This document shows, piece by piece, positions 13,117 through 26,500 of a stretch of DNA of 64,000 nt (position 1 is its first letter; each line of letters begins with the position of its first letter). The position numbers were made by a program, and so were the translations under genes. The notes beneath the pieces were generated by a model. The model was not told the origin of the DNA. It did not search any database and saw only the letters and a list, made by a program, of their open reading frames with translations. The stretch is from the NCBI GenBank assembly GCA_043228905.1, contig JBHGNT010000002.1:13640001-13704000 (forward strand), in the 5' to 3' direction. The DNA is from Azolla caroliniana. Taxonomy: Eukaryota; Plantae; Polypodiophyta.

Positions 13117-15832
13117 TCACTCTTCGCCCATCGGTCCTTCCTCGGTCTCGGACCGGTCGTCGCTGCTGTCTAGGAGAACCGGGTCTGGCTCGTCGTCGTG
13201 TCGCTTCTTGAAGGCTTTGATCCTCTTTCCAGCCACGGGTATCGCCATTCTCGTGCCGTCGAGTTCCGCCAGGTGATACGTCCCGTTGTCGTTGGCGCTT
13301 TGTACCGCGTACGGCCCAAACCATCTCCGCGCGAACTTCCGTGTAGCCCGGTGCTGGTTGTCGAGGCTGTTGTCGTAGACGAGCACCCAGTCACCTTCCT
13401 CGATCTTCTTCGGTCGGAGCCGGTGCGTCCGGTCGAACCTAGCTTTGTTCTTTGTCCTCGCCACCCGGAGCTTCTCCGCAGCCAGCTCCACGTCCTCCTG
13501 TCTCCGCTCGAGTTGTCGTATACGCGCGACCAACAACTCCTCCCGGCTCATCTCGTCCCTCCAGTCGACCGTTGCCCATGAGGAGATCGTCCGTTCCATC
13601 GGCATGATCGGCTTCTGGCCGAACATGAGCTCCGTCGGCATGAACCCGGTTACCGAACTGTGCGTAGTCCGGTCTGCCCACAAAGCATAAGGTAGCAGCC
13701 GCGGCCAGTTACCGACTTGGCCTCCGCATGCCCGAACCAGCGCCTTGACGATCGGCCCGTGTCCGCGCTCCACCTTCCCATTCGCCTCCGGATTGTACGC
13801 AGTGGTGAGCGAGATCTTGACTCCCAGCCGGTCGAACAGCTCCGCGGCTTCTTCGGCGTCCAACTCCCCTCAGTCAGCCACGATCTTCCCGACGCACCCG
13901 TACCGGCATATCACGTCCTCGATTAGGAACCGACATACGGCCGCGGTCGTTTTGTTCTGAAGGGCCCGGCCTTCCACCTGGTTCGTCAGATCCTCCCGTG
14001 CTAGGACCAGATACCGCATCTGTCCTACCCCCATTGGCATCGTCACCAGATCTACCATCCATTTGAAGTGGATGGTCGGAGGGTACGTAGGGTGAAGCTC
14101 GTCCCGGTGTCGGACTACGGAGTGCATCTGACAGTTTTCGCAAGTCGTCACGAACCGACGCACGTCCCGGTACAATCCCGGCCACCAGTACTTCCCCTTT
14201 AATTTCTCGAACGTGGCCCACGTTCCACGGTGCCCAGCCCAAGGGCTGTCGTGGTAGGCCGCCAGCAGCTCCTCCTGTTCTTCCTTCATCGCCACCACCC
14301 GGAGCGGGACGCCGCTCCTCTTCTTCGGGTGTTTCCATAGATAGCCATCCCGGAGAAAGAAGCGGTACGCTTTCTTCCGGATCCGGTTGGCCTCGTCTTT
14401 CGTCCATGACGCATCCGACGCCATTGTCCTCAAGAAACCGCCGATCCGCAGCCACTCCCCGTCGTACTTGCTCGCGTCGAAGTCGTTAAGCGCCGGAGTG
14501 CTCGTCCCGTCTGTTGTTACGTATGCTGCCTCGAAGAAGTCCACGCCGACCTCTTCGTCCTCCGAAACCATGCCGCCCTCGTCATCGAACCTTGCCCTCG
14601 AAAGCATGTCGGCCATGGCGTTGTCTTTTCCGGAAATGTGTCGTATTTCCGGGTCCAGGGACTTGATGTACGCTATCCACCTGAGCATCGCCAGGTCCGG
14701 TGTCGCGCATCCGGAAACCATGCCGAGATTGGCAGGCAATCCGTCTCGATAATCACTTCTGTCCCGATCAGATAGTCTTTGTCGGCCTTTACCACCGAAA
14801 CGATACCCCAGAGTTCGCGTTTAACCTGGGCGTATCCTCGCTGCTGCTCACTGAGGACTTTCGCGCCGAATCGGATCGGAAACCGATTGCCGTCCTCGTC
14901 TTGTTGGTTGACGACCCACCCGATTCCGGTCGGACTCGTGTCAACCGTTATGTATACTGGGGTGCCCTTCTTGTAGACGGCCTTCCGGAGCGCCGGTGCT
15001 GCCGAAAGAGCCTCCTTCAGCTTCCGGACCGACTCCGTGTGCTCGTCAAGCCATTCGAACCTTCGCTTTTTTTTCAGCAACCCGTACAGCGGCTCCGCGA
15101 CGTGTGCGTAATGCGGGATCCATATGTGGTAGAACGCGCATGCTCCCAAGAATCTTCGTACTTCCGTGACCGAGCTGAAGCCGGGCTTCATCGCGGAGAT
15201 GGCTTCTACCTTTGCCGGAGACGGTTTCCGGCCATATGGCCCACATAAGTGTCCGACCACCATGATTTCCGACTGCCCGAAGGCTGATTTCTCCCCAGAG
15301 AAGGTGAGCCTCGCATCCTCTAGCCTTTGCAGCACCTTCTCGCAGTCGTTGATGTGCGTCGCCACGAATAGCCGGCATCCGTCCGGCCCGATCGTCTCGT
15401 CCTTCTCTGCTACCGGGCATCCCTTGATCGGGATGTCGTCCAGAAACGGCATGGTGATGTCCGGGATGCAGTCCCTCAGAACCTTGTTCATCGCATTCAC
15501 CATGTGGGCCACCGAGTTGGTCCCTCCTTGCGGCAGCGTACACATCCGCACTAGGCCGAGGGGAGTTCGCATCGTCGTAATGTCTCTGCTCTCCACGGCT
15601 AGCTGGAACTGGTCATACCCTGAGTATAGATCACCGACCGAGTAAATCGACCTTCCGGCGAAGGCCTCCGCGAACTCGTCTATGGTCGGTCCGATCCCTG
15701 CGTTCCGAATGGTCACCCTATTGACCGGTTGCAGGTCCTGAATGAAGCGCAATGATCCGTTTTTCTTTGGTACGGTAAACCATCGGTTTGAATACGGGGT
15801 GCTCGACGGCTCGAGAATGCCCATATCAACTT
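13117..15832 (-). pseudogene. pol: RT-RNase H-integrase of element C (one frameshift, one stop)
   Basis: RT NRWFTVPKKNG, LPQG, PFLDD; RNase H TVDTS and ETDCLP; integrase HDSPWAGH...CENC, MVDL, YNPEANGKVER, WFGPY. Confidence 0.93.
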
Positions 15833-16308
15833 TCTGCTGTTATTCTCTGACCGGACAAGGCCTAACACAAGGTGTCACGGAGACACTTCACCAAAGGGTG
15901 ATTACGGCATAGGATTAAGATTCAACGATTACACTGACTTAAGTAGGTTACACGATTAGAGCGCTATTGTTAATTACACGCGTAAGATATAACAGTAAGT
16001 ACAGAACAGAAATCAACACAGAAGTATAAACACCATATGCTCTATTAATTATCCGCTGCGATTACAATGGGGTCCGGGCCTTTAAATAGGTTTCCGGCCC
16101 GTAGTACAAAACGGTGCCTATCGCACCTATTCGGGATCCGTCCGGATCTGGAACGGCATACCGTTTCCAGTCCGTCCGTCCACACTATGCTTATTTACAA
16201 CCATACTTAATTAATTCCTTCACTCCGTATTTTGGACTCCTTGCCGGCCGGTAACACATGGCACGCCCGTGGGACAGTACCTTGTACGTCGAACCCTTCT
16301 CGGCCCCT

Positions 16309-19020
16309 TCATTGTTCACCCAAATTGTCCAAAATACTTTGTTCCACAGTTTCCACTTGTTCTTCCGGTTGTGGTTGTTGCGGCTGTGCTTGCTGCTGCT
16401 GCTGTGGTTGCGGTTGGGACTGAGACTGCTCCGGCTGCTCTATAGGTGGCTGCTCCGTTTGTTTCTCTGACTCCGGCATCTCTATAGGCGGCTGCTCCGT
16501 TTGTTTCTCTGACTCCGGCATCTCTGTTTGACTGCTTCCGGTCCGGTCTCCTTCCAGTAACGGTTCCTCATCACTGAGATTGACCATTACTGGTTCTCGT
16601 GCTTTCTCTTCCCGGATCCGGGACCTCTCATAGCTTTCAAACTGGATCTGCGCCTCCAGCCTGTCGTCGTCCAGCTGAGCTACAAGTTGCCGGACTTGCC
16701 CTAGTTGGTCCTCTGCCAAGGCTTGAAAGTCTTCGGCCAGCTCATCTCTTATGCCGGTGAAGTCTTCAGAAGTCAGCATATAGCAATCATCTCCCTCCTT
16801 CCGCCGGTTCTCTACGTCGGCCCGGAGCAATTGGAGTTCCGCCGCGTTCGTGGCCCACTTGGTCCACCATTTGATGGAACCGTTGTCAATCAAGCTCTTG
16901 GTCTGGTTCAACCAGGCCCGCATGATATCCTGGATGCGACTTGCTCCCATTTGCGCTCTACTTTCCACAACTTGTCGTTCCTCCTTCAACTGCTTGATGA
17001 GATTAGCCGTATCCTCCGCCTGCTCTCTGTAGCGCGTCAGCTGCCCTTGATATGTTGTTTGCAGCCTCTGCAGTACCTCCGCTGCTCTTTCTTTTTCCGC
17101 TTGCTGTTGCCTGAGGAGCTCTGTCCGAACCTTCTCCGCCTCTTCCAACCGTCTTCTGGTTTCCGCTTGTTCCTTAGCGTATGCCATTGCGGTCCGATCA
17201 ACTGCTTGCCGGAGCTCATCCGTCCGTTCCTTGTGCTCCGTTTGCAACCGTTTATACTCCCGGTGCAAGTGCTCAAATTCCTCCGTTTTTTGTTTGAGCT
17301 TGCCGTTGATCTGGCGATGGTTCCGGTCCTCCCGGTCCTTTACCTGCCGGAGTTCCTCTTTCAGGCGTTCTACTTCTGTTTCGGCGTTTCTCCGGAGCCT
17401 GTCCTTCTCTTGTAGCATTTTCTCCTTCTCCTCCTTGAGCCGGTCGTACGCTTGGTGGCCTTTTCGTAAGCTCTCCTCGGCCCGGCGTAGATTCTCAACA
17501 GTCTTTTTGAGTTCTGCCTCCGCTGCCGTCTTCAATTCTCTTTCGCGGCTCCTCAGCACTTCTTGGGCAGCTAGCTCATCCTTTAAGTCCGCAAGCTCTT
17601 GGGCTTGTGCTGCATTTCTCTCCGGAACGGTTTCCGTTGCCGGGGTCTGATTGCTATGTACAGGTTGATCTGACGCTTTATTCTGTACATTGCCCGGAGT
17701 CACCGGTGCTTGGACTTGTGTTGTCAAAGCCAATTGAGCCATTTCCCTTGTGACCCTGTCCAAGTCTTGTTCAAGGCTCCGGATTCTGGACCGGGCCGTC
17801 TCTAGATCTACGGTTGTGACGAGCAACCGTTCGTGGTGTGCTCTCTCCTCCGCCTCTATGTACTCGACCCCTCCGGCGATTTGCTCGCCTACCCACCGTA
17901 GCCACATGCTACTGGTGCCTTGCTGTTGTACTGGTCGGGTCGGCTCGTTCACTGTGGAATTGTCTGGCCTGAGTGCCTGTATCTGCCGTTCTGGTTCTAC
18001 TCCTTGGCCGCCGTGTGTGCTGGCTGGGCTCGCCGGCTGTTGAGTTCCGGTTCTCGCCATCTCCGGAGCCGTTGGAATGACTTCTTGTATAGAAGTCGAC
18101 AAGGCCGGTTCTATACGCACCGGTTCCGGTTCCTCCCTTGTGGTTTGCTCAGGTTGAGTTGGGGGCGTTTCTTCCTTTTGCGGGTCCGAACGCTCCCCCG
18201 TTGTCCCGGCGGTCCTACTTCTTGACCGTCGTTGGAGGTGCTCTTCTGGCTCCTCTGTTTCCTCTTCCTGGGTAACGGCATGTTTCTGTGCCGTCAAGGG
18301 TTCCGGTTCCTTCTATCCCGGTCGCCGTATGGTTATCTTAACGGGTCGGACCGGTGACACCTCCTCCGGTTCCGGGAGCCGTTTCTTCCCTTTCGTCGCC
18401 TTCGACGCCAGCAGCTGCTGTCGTTTAGACGCGGGTTTCGAGGTGCTTCCTTCCGATAATCTTGGCCGCTTCTTTGGCTGAACGGTCTCGACCGGCGGCA
18501 CGAGCAATGTTATCCACTGAGCTACGGCATGCCACAGCTTCCGGCCCTCCTTGCCGTCCTTTCCTCGTACCGTGTCGATTGCCGCGCACAAACCGTCTGC
18601 AATAAACACCGGCCAATCCACCTTGATCCCTTCATAGGTGGCTATGATCATCCCTGCCCGATTTTTTGGCATGACAGGGGGTCGGGGGTACACGTGGCCG
18701 TACTCATGGAGCACTCGAGCTATCTCCCTGAATAGCGGATCTTCGCCGCCCTGCGTTCGATAGCCTTTGCCGGCTACAGAGTACTCACCGAAATATCGGA
18801 TGAGTTGCTCCGAGGTTGGGTTATCGATCTGAAAAATACCTCCCTCCGAAAGGCCTGTTAGCGCACGGATCGCTTCCTCGGTGATTACTTCTTTGTCGAG
18901 CTCCTTGATGACCTGGTCGGCTTCTTTGTGCAGTGGTGCCTCCATGATGGTCAAGAACCCATCCAGTCCGTGTTGCCTGAGCCATTTCTTGGCCGCTTCC
19001 GACAGCGTTTTTGGTTCCAT
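16309..19020 (-). pseudogene. Extra 3' ORF of the Athila-like element (~900 codons, one in-frame TAG at 18313-18315): globular N-terminus, Pro/Glu linker, long coiled coil, Q/E/P tail
   Basis: ORFs 18313-19320 and 16309-18297 share a frame and read ...IRRPG*KEPEPLTAQK.... A long E/R/K/Q/L heptad-like region follows. The start at MEPKTL (19020) is inferred. Confidence 0.8.
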
Positions 19021-19384
19021 GTCTGCTTCGAGGTCGAGGAAAGATGGCGAGGTAGAGTGGTGATGAGAGTGAGAGCGAGAGATAGAGAGTTCCGAACGTG
19101 GGGGTTCTCTGAGTGCAAGTTCGCGTTTGGTAAGCTTCCACCGCCTTGGTGCTTCTGTGCTTCTTGGCTCGCGAAATGAAAAGGTCTCCATGCGTTCTGC
19201 TTCTTCTCTGTGCGTCTTGGCGCCTTTTTCGAGCATGCACACGTCGTGTACCAATTTAGTATTAAGTAATGTGGCGGCACTTAAATGCCCACTACGTACC
19301 TTTTCGCTCCTTGCTTTCACGTCCGTTCATACCTCGATTTTTAATGATTTTTTTTTTTTTTTTTTTTAATGACGGTATGTGATC

Positions 19385-22300
19385 TTACACATCCGTAGGT
19401 CCCTTCGGACCCTTACCGTTTTCCTTACGGGTTGCCGTGTCTTCCTTCGCCTCTGCTATGGGTTTCCCGTCGTCTTTTTCTTCCATCCGTACTGTTCCCG
19501 GTATAGTGCCGGTGGGCTGCATAAACGGGTTCTTTGGCATCAGTCCTTTATAGGGCTTTAGTCTAAATCCGTTGACCCACTTGCCTAGCACTTCACCGGC
19601 AAGTGTCCCTAACTAATAGGACCCGTTGTATTCCCGTGTCAGCCAATACGGGCCTGTCCATCTAAACCGGAGTTTACCCGGCATCTTGCCCATCCTCGTT
19701 TGGAATACTAGCACCGGCTTTCCGATTTCGAACATCTTTTCATTACCTTTCCGGTCACGGTCAACGAACGCTTTCCGTCGTCGTTGCTCTAGTTCCATGT
19801 GTAGGATGCTGGCCAGCCGTTGCTCCTCCAGTTCGCATAGTGCTGCTAGCCGCATTTCTTCCGACTCCTTTTCATTCAGCCGTTCCCGTAGTTGGATCCG
19901 TAAGCTTGGTACCTGAAATTCCACCGGCATGACCGCCTCTAAGCCGAACGCTAACCGGAACGGCGTTGTCCGGGTACTTGTTTTGTATGCCGTTCGGTAC
20001 GCCCATAGCGCGCTATGGAGCTTTGTATCCCAGTCCGTCTGGTTTTCATTGACGATTTTGCGGAGAATGTTCTGCAGCGTTTTGTTGGTGGACTCTACTA
20101 ACCCGTTCGCTTGTGGGTAGTACGGTGTACTCCGTTTATGGACCACGGCATAGAACGTTGTTAAGCTTTCAACTACCTGGCCGAGGAAGTGCCCTCCTTG
20201 GTCGCTGATTAATTCAATCGGACATCCATATCGGCACCAAATGTTTTCGTACAGGAATTTTGCTGTGGATGACGCGGTGTTGTCTCTCAAGGCCTTAGCC
20301 TCCACCCATTTAGTGCAATAATCTGTTGCCATGATGACATAACGATTACCCGTTCTCATTGCCGGTGGCTTGAACGGTCCGACAAAATCCAACCCCCACT
20401 TCTGGAATGGCTCTAGTGGAAGTACCGGTTGGTGTGGCATCCGTGCTTGCTCCGTAGGCTGGCCCATTCATTGGCATAGGTCACATTCCTTAGCATACTT
20501 GACGGCGTCTTTTAACATCGTGGGCCACCATAAGCCGCTCTGCCATACTTTCCTTGCCGTCGCTTCCCCGGCATAGTGTCCTCCGGCAACCCCACAGTGT
20601 GCTTCCCGTAAGATTACTTGTTTCTCGTCACTACAGACTGCCCGTCTCCATATTCCATCTGCTCCTTTGTGGTAGAGAGTGTCCCGTAACAGACAGAAAT
20701 TGCGGCTCTGCACCGCCAGTCGTTTCCTCTCGTCCCGGTTCATTTCCTCCGGTGGCAGTCCCGTGCTTAGGAACTGGTGCATGTTTGTCAGCCACCTATC
20801 TTCTGATGCCACCGTGTCGTCCGCTGCCGTTTCCGGGGTGATACGGAATAACTCTGCGTCCGGGAATTCATCCGATACTCCGTCGCCTGATTCTCCGGAC
20901 TCTAACCGGCTCAGGTAGTCTGCTACGGCATGCTGAATACCGGGCCGGTGGAAGATCTCGAATTCGAACTCCTGCAACAGCAAGGTCCAACGGGCCAACT
21001 TACCGGTCAGGGACGCCTTGGACACTAAGTAAAGGAGCGCCGAGTGATCCACATGAAAGGAGAACTTCCTTCCCAATAGGTAATGACGAAACTTTGTGAC
21101 ACTGTAGATCATGCCCAGGGCCTCCCGTTCCGTCGTCGAATAGTTCTTCTCCACTTGGGACAGCTTCCGGCTGGCGTAATATACCGGCCGGTACCATTTA
21201 GGCTCCGTAAGTTGCATTAAGGCGCTGCCGATAGCGATGTCGGAAGCGTCAACGAACACATGAAATTCCTTGCTCCAATCCGGAGGCTGCACGACGGGTG
21301 CTTGCGACAAAAGTACCTTCAGGGCATTGTATGCCTTATCCTCCGTATCCGTCCATTGGAACGGTGTCCAATGTACCGCGGTGTGTAATGGTGTAGCCAA
21401 GTCAGCCAAGTGACGGAGCATCCGTCTGTGCCACCGGATCTGTCCTAAGAATCGGCTTAGTGCTTTGGTCGTTTTCGGCGCCGGTGCCCCTAGTATCGCG
21501 TTTACTTTGTCCGGCTCGACCGCAATGCCCTCCTTACTTACAATGTGTCCCAGTAAGATTCCACTTGAAACCCCAAAGATGCATTTTGTTGGGTTTAAGC
21601 TTAGCCGGTATAACCTACACTTTTCAAGGCATAACCGTAGGTGCTGCAAATGGTCTTTTCCCCGGCTATAGACTGCAAAATCATCCAGGAAATCCTGCAT
21701 GAAGGCAGGAATGTATTCGCCGAAGATCTCCATGATGATTCGCTGGAAAGTTGCTGGTGCCGTTTTTAGGCCGAACATCATTACTTCGGCCACAAACACC
21801 CCCCATTCGGTGACGAACGCTGTCTTCTCCTGGTCGTCAGGGTGCATCCGGATTTGATTGTATCCGCTGAACCCGTCTAAAAAACTATAAACTTCATGGC
21901 CGGCGACGGCATCCAGTACTCCATCCGTGAACGGAAGAGGGAATGCATCCGTAATTGTGGCTGCATTTAGTTTCCTGTAATCTACACACACGCGGATTTT
22001 ACCGTTCTTCTTTGGGACGACGACGATGGGGCTCAGCCACGTCGCTTTCTTTACCGGCCGGATGAAGCCCACTCTTAGGAGTTTGTCGATTTCCTCCTTC
22101 ACTTTGGCGGCGTAGTTGGGGTTCATTCGGTAACGTCTTTGCTCCACTGGTTTCGCATCCTTGCCTAAGTGGATCTGATGCTGATATAATTGAGGGTCTA
22201 GCCCACGCATGTCTTCGTATGACCAGGCGAATACGTCGCGAAACTCCGTGAGAAGTTTGATCATCGCCGCTTTATCTTCCGGCTTCATTTCTTTGGCGAT

Positions 22301-23560
22301 GTGTACCGGCTTTGATTCGTCCTTGCTTCCTAGGTTCACTTCGTCGAGCTGGGATGTTTTTACCTGTTGGGAAACGGCCATTTCCCGTTCCAACACTTCC
22401 TGTGCTTGCCGTAATTCCCGAATCGAATCTTTGTCTGGTTCGGCTTCGGTTTCGTCCCGCTGCGGCAAGTATGGCGCTACGGCTTCAGCTACGTCAATCT
22501 CGAAGAGTGGTACGATCTTCGGGTGTTCCTCCAAGTACTGGGCTTCTTCGTCGTCTGCCAACCCTTCAAGCATATTCACGCATTCCGCATACAGCGGTGT
22601 GCATTCCTTATCGTTGCTCGTCCGTGTTTGTGTCGGTACCCGGACCTTGGCTTTTCCGCGCCGGAAGATAATCATATTTTTCCGCCAATTTTGCTTGATG
22701 TGTGCTGTTTTCAACCATGGTCTGCCCAGCAACAGTGGGTACGCGCCTTGCGCCTGTAGCTGCAGCACTACAGCCGAGATGTGAAATGTGTGACCTCCTA
22801 TGGTGACTTCCAATTTCCGTATTAAGCCCGTCGGCCGTACAGAGCTCATATCCGCCATCCGTAGCCAGAACGGACATGGCTCCCATTCATGTATACCCAA
22901 GGCATCACACGTGCGGAGGCTTATTACGTTCACCCCGGAACCTCCATCGATTACTGTGCCGGGAAGTTCGTGCCCTTTGACAATAGCTGTAATCACCGGA
23001 CTACTAGTGTCCACCACCGTCGGTCCCTCCTCCGGATTCGAGAAGAGGACTAGTGCCAGTGGGGCTATACCGTCTGTCATGACTGTTTTTAGTCCTTCCG
23101 TAAATCGCGGCACGAGCTGCAAGAGTCTTCCTAATGGCAACGTGATCTGACATTCTTGCAGTGCTTGCCATGTCTCGTTTTCTGCGTGGCCGGCACTCCC
23201 TATGGTATTCGCCTTTTGCCGTTCCGCGTCCGCGACGTTCCTTTCATTGGCTTCCTTCACCCATTCCGTCGCCTGTTTTCGTATGGCCTCTTGTGTTTCC
23301 CACTCTTTGGCCATGCCTTTCGACCGTGTGGTTACTTGCTGTATATCCGCCACTTCCGGAACCACCATATTAACTGCTGGTCGTTTATCGTAGCTCTTTG
23401 CCGGGCACTGGTTACTGTAGTGGCCTTCCTACCTGCAGTAATAGCAGTACTCTTTACGGGTATTGCTGGATTCAGCATTGCTGGTAGCCGGAGTCGGTCC
23501 CGCAGTGAGTGGTGCGTTCTGTGCCGGTTGGCTCCTTGGGGTTCCATGTTCCGGGTCCCT
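19385..23560 (-). pseudogene. pol: Gag C-terminus plus PR-RT-RNase H-integrase of the Athila-like element, single frame with three nonsense mutations
   Basis: CYYCR*EGHYSNQC, VIDGGSG, FLDGFSGY/FGLK/FLDD, FVDAS/EREAL, HCGVAGGH...CDLC, GLDFVGP, SDQG, YYPQANG. Stops near 23425, 20468 and 19613. Confidence 0.93.
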
Positions 23561-23565
23561 AGTGT

Positions 23566-26500
23566 TGTTAAGAAAACGTGAAGAAGGCACTCGGGCTCTT
23601 CTTTTGTATGCGCGGCGGATCGTAGTGTGCTGGATCGTTAGCGTGCTCTAAACAGACAGAGAAAGGAAAGGGGACTTACCTCTGTAGTAGCAAAATGGTT
23701 TTCTTCTATTACATGTAGAGCTCAACTTGCTCTCGTCAGTCTTCTGGTCTCTCACTCTCTCTCAGAGTTCTCTACTCACTATTCTCTGTTTTTTCTTACT
23801 ACTACCTTTCTATTCACTCACTCTTACTTTTACCTAAGTCATAAGTTATTACACATGCAGCTAATTAGCTGCCAGTAGCTAATTAGCTGTCAGTCGCTAA
23901 ATAACTGTTCACTAGCTAGTTAGCTGTCACTAGCTAAATAGATGTTTTACCTTTTTGTTCACTAGTAGCTAAATAGCTACTATAGCTTATTTCTCATAAG
24001 CATCACATACCATGTTGAGCTTGCTTCTCAACACTCCCCCTCAAGCTCAACTTATTCTTGCTTGAGGTTCTCTTCAATCTTCTTTTCCATTTTGCCTTTT
24101 AGCCATCTCATCAATGTTTACAACTCCCATCACGTTCCGAAACTGTGTATGTTTTTCCACACTCAATCCCTTCGTAAGGATATCAGCAACCTGCTGATTT
24201 GTATTCACATACACCAGATCAACTTCACCTTCCATCACTTTCTCTCTAACAAAGTGATAATGCACCTCAATGTGCTTTGTTCTTGCATGGAACACTGGGT
24301 TCTTTACAAGCTGAATGCTGCTCATATTGTCACACCAGATTGTGACAGCACTATCTATATATACTCCCAGATCAGCAAGCAGTCTTCTGATCCATACTTC
24401 TTCACATGTGGCTATTGCAGCCCCTCTATACTCAGCTTCTGTACTGGACAATGCAACAGTAGCCTGTTTCTTGCTACTCCATGAAATTCCTGCACTTCCC
24501 AAGGTAAACATGTATCCACTTGTGGATCTCCTGTCTGTTTGGCTTCCAGCCCAATCAGCATCTGTATATCCTTCCAGATTTATGTCTAGATCAGCCCTGT
24601 AAAATAGTCCAAAGTTCTGAGTTGCTTTTACATACCTCAGAATCTTTCTGATGCAGTCCAAATGTGGCTTTGTTGGCTGTTGCATAAACTGGCTGACTAA
24701 TCCAACAGCATAGCTCAAATCAGGTCTTGTTATAGTCAAATAAATAAGGCTGCCCACCATAGACCTGTACATGTTTACATCTTCTATCTTGGCTCCCAAA
24801 TCAGCCCTCAACTTGCAGTTTTTATCAAGTGGTACAACAATAGGTTTGCATCCAAGCATACCATACTTTTTCAACATAGTTGTTGCATACTGTTTTTGCA
24901 ACATACATATACCACTTTCAGATCTGATGATTTCAATACCAAGAAAATATCTCAGATCTCCCAAATCTTTCATATGAAACTGCATTTCCAGATTTTTTTC
25001 CAACTTTCTTATTTCATCCACGGAATCTCCTCCAATAATCAAATCATCTACATAAATCAGAATAATAACAATGCAATCATTTTCACTTTTTACATACAAA
25101 GAAGGATCAGCTTTTGACATTTTGAAACCAAGATTTTTCAGAGAATCTGAAAGTTCTCTGTGCCATGCTCTTGGTGCCTGTTTCAGTCCATAGAGAGCTT
25201 TTTTCAGCTTACATACATAATCAGGATGTTTCTTATCTTCAAAACCTGGTGGTTGACTCATATACACTTCTTCTTCCAAGTTACCATGTAAAAAGGCATT
25301 TTTTACATCCATGTGATGCAAAATCCATTTTCTGGCTGCTCCTACAGCAAGTAGTGTTCTCAAGGTTGCCATCTTTGCAACCGGTGCAAAAGTCTCATCA
25401 TAATCAATCCCTTGCATCTGAGCATATCCTTTTGCAACCAATCTTGCTTTATGTCTACTTACATTCCCATTGGAGTCATGCTTTGTCTTGTAGACCCATT
25501 TGCAGCCTACCACATTTTTCTCTTTTGGTAACTTCACTAAATCCCACGTTTTGTTCTCAGCCAATGCATCAATCTCTTCTTGCATTGCATCCATCCATTT
25601 CTTCTCAGATTTTGCTTCTTCAAAGCTGTTTGGGTCAGGGATCTGTACCACCTTAGACATATATGCATAGTGCATAGCCATATATGTATCATACCCAAAT
25701 CTTTCCACAGTCTTTTTCTCTCTATCTGATCTTCTCAGTTTCTGATTTGCATTCTTTATTGCCTTTTCCATACCAGGGATTTTCATTTCTTGTATTCCAA
25801 GGAAATCATCCAAAGACATATCTGAATCTTCATCTTCCATGTTTTTTGATAGGTCATCCGGGATTTCATACTCTGGCATTTTCTGTTTTCCTTTTTTGTC
25901 ATCAGATTTTTTCTGTCCAGTTTTTCCACTCCATGAATTTGAATCAGATTTACCATCTGAGCTTTTTGATGGTCCAGAACATTCTGTTGATGTTGGACTT
26001 TGCTGTCCAACCTTGTCTCCATCTCTGTGACAGTCTTCTACATTTTCTGATCTGTCTTTGTCTTCATTTTGACAGTCTTCATCAGTCTCTAGATTCTGTT
26101 TTGGGTTGTACCAACTAGCCAACTCATCAAATATCACATCTCGACTTGTCACAATGTTTTTAGTCACAGGGTTATAACATATGTACCCTTTTTGTTTTTC
26201 TGAATATCCAACAAAGATACATTTTTTTGCTTTTGGATCCAACTTACTTCTTAGTTCTGCAGGCACATGTACATATGCAAGGCATCCAAACACTTTCAAG
26301 TGTTGTAAGCTAGGCTTCCTGCCATAAAAACACTCTTCAGGAGTTGCCTCATGTACTCCTGATGTAATACATCTATTTAAAATGTAGTTTGCTGTATTTA
26401 CAGCTTCTGCCCAATAGTATAATGGCATGTTCTTCTCAGTCATCATTGCCCTTGCTATGTTCACCAAAGTTCTGTTTTTCCTCTCAGCAACTCCATTTTC

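Noticed and set aside
12330-15840. Insertion hotspot: element C and the Athila-like element landed ~150 bp apart in homologous pre-RT sequence
   Set aside because: Only two events by different integrases; compatible with chance.
16309-18297. Host myosin/SMC-like gene
   Set aside because: It lies inside an LTR pair with a TSD, in the element's sense orientation. No motor or ATPase motifs are present; the similarity is compositional.
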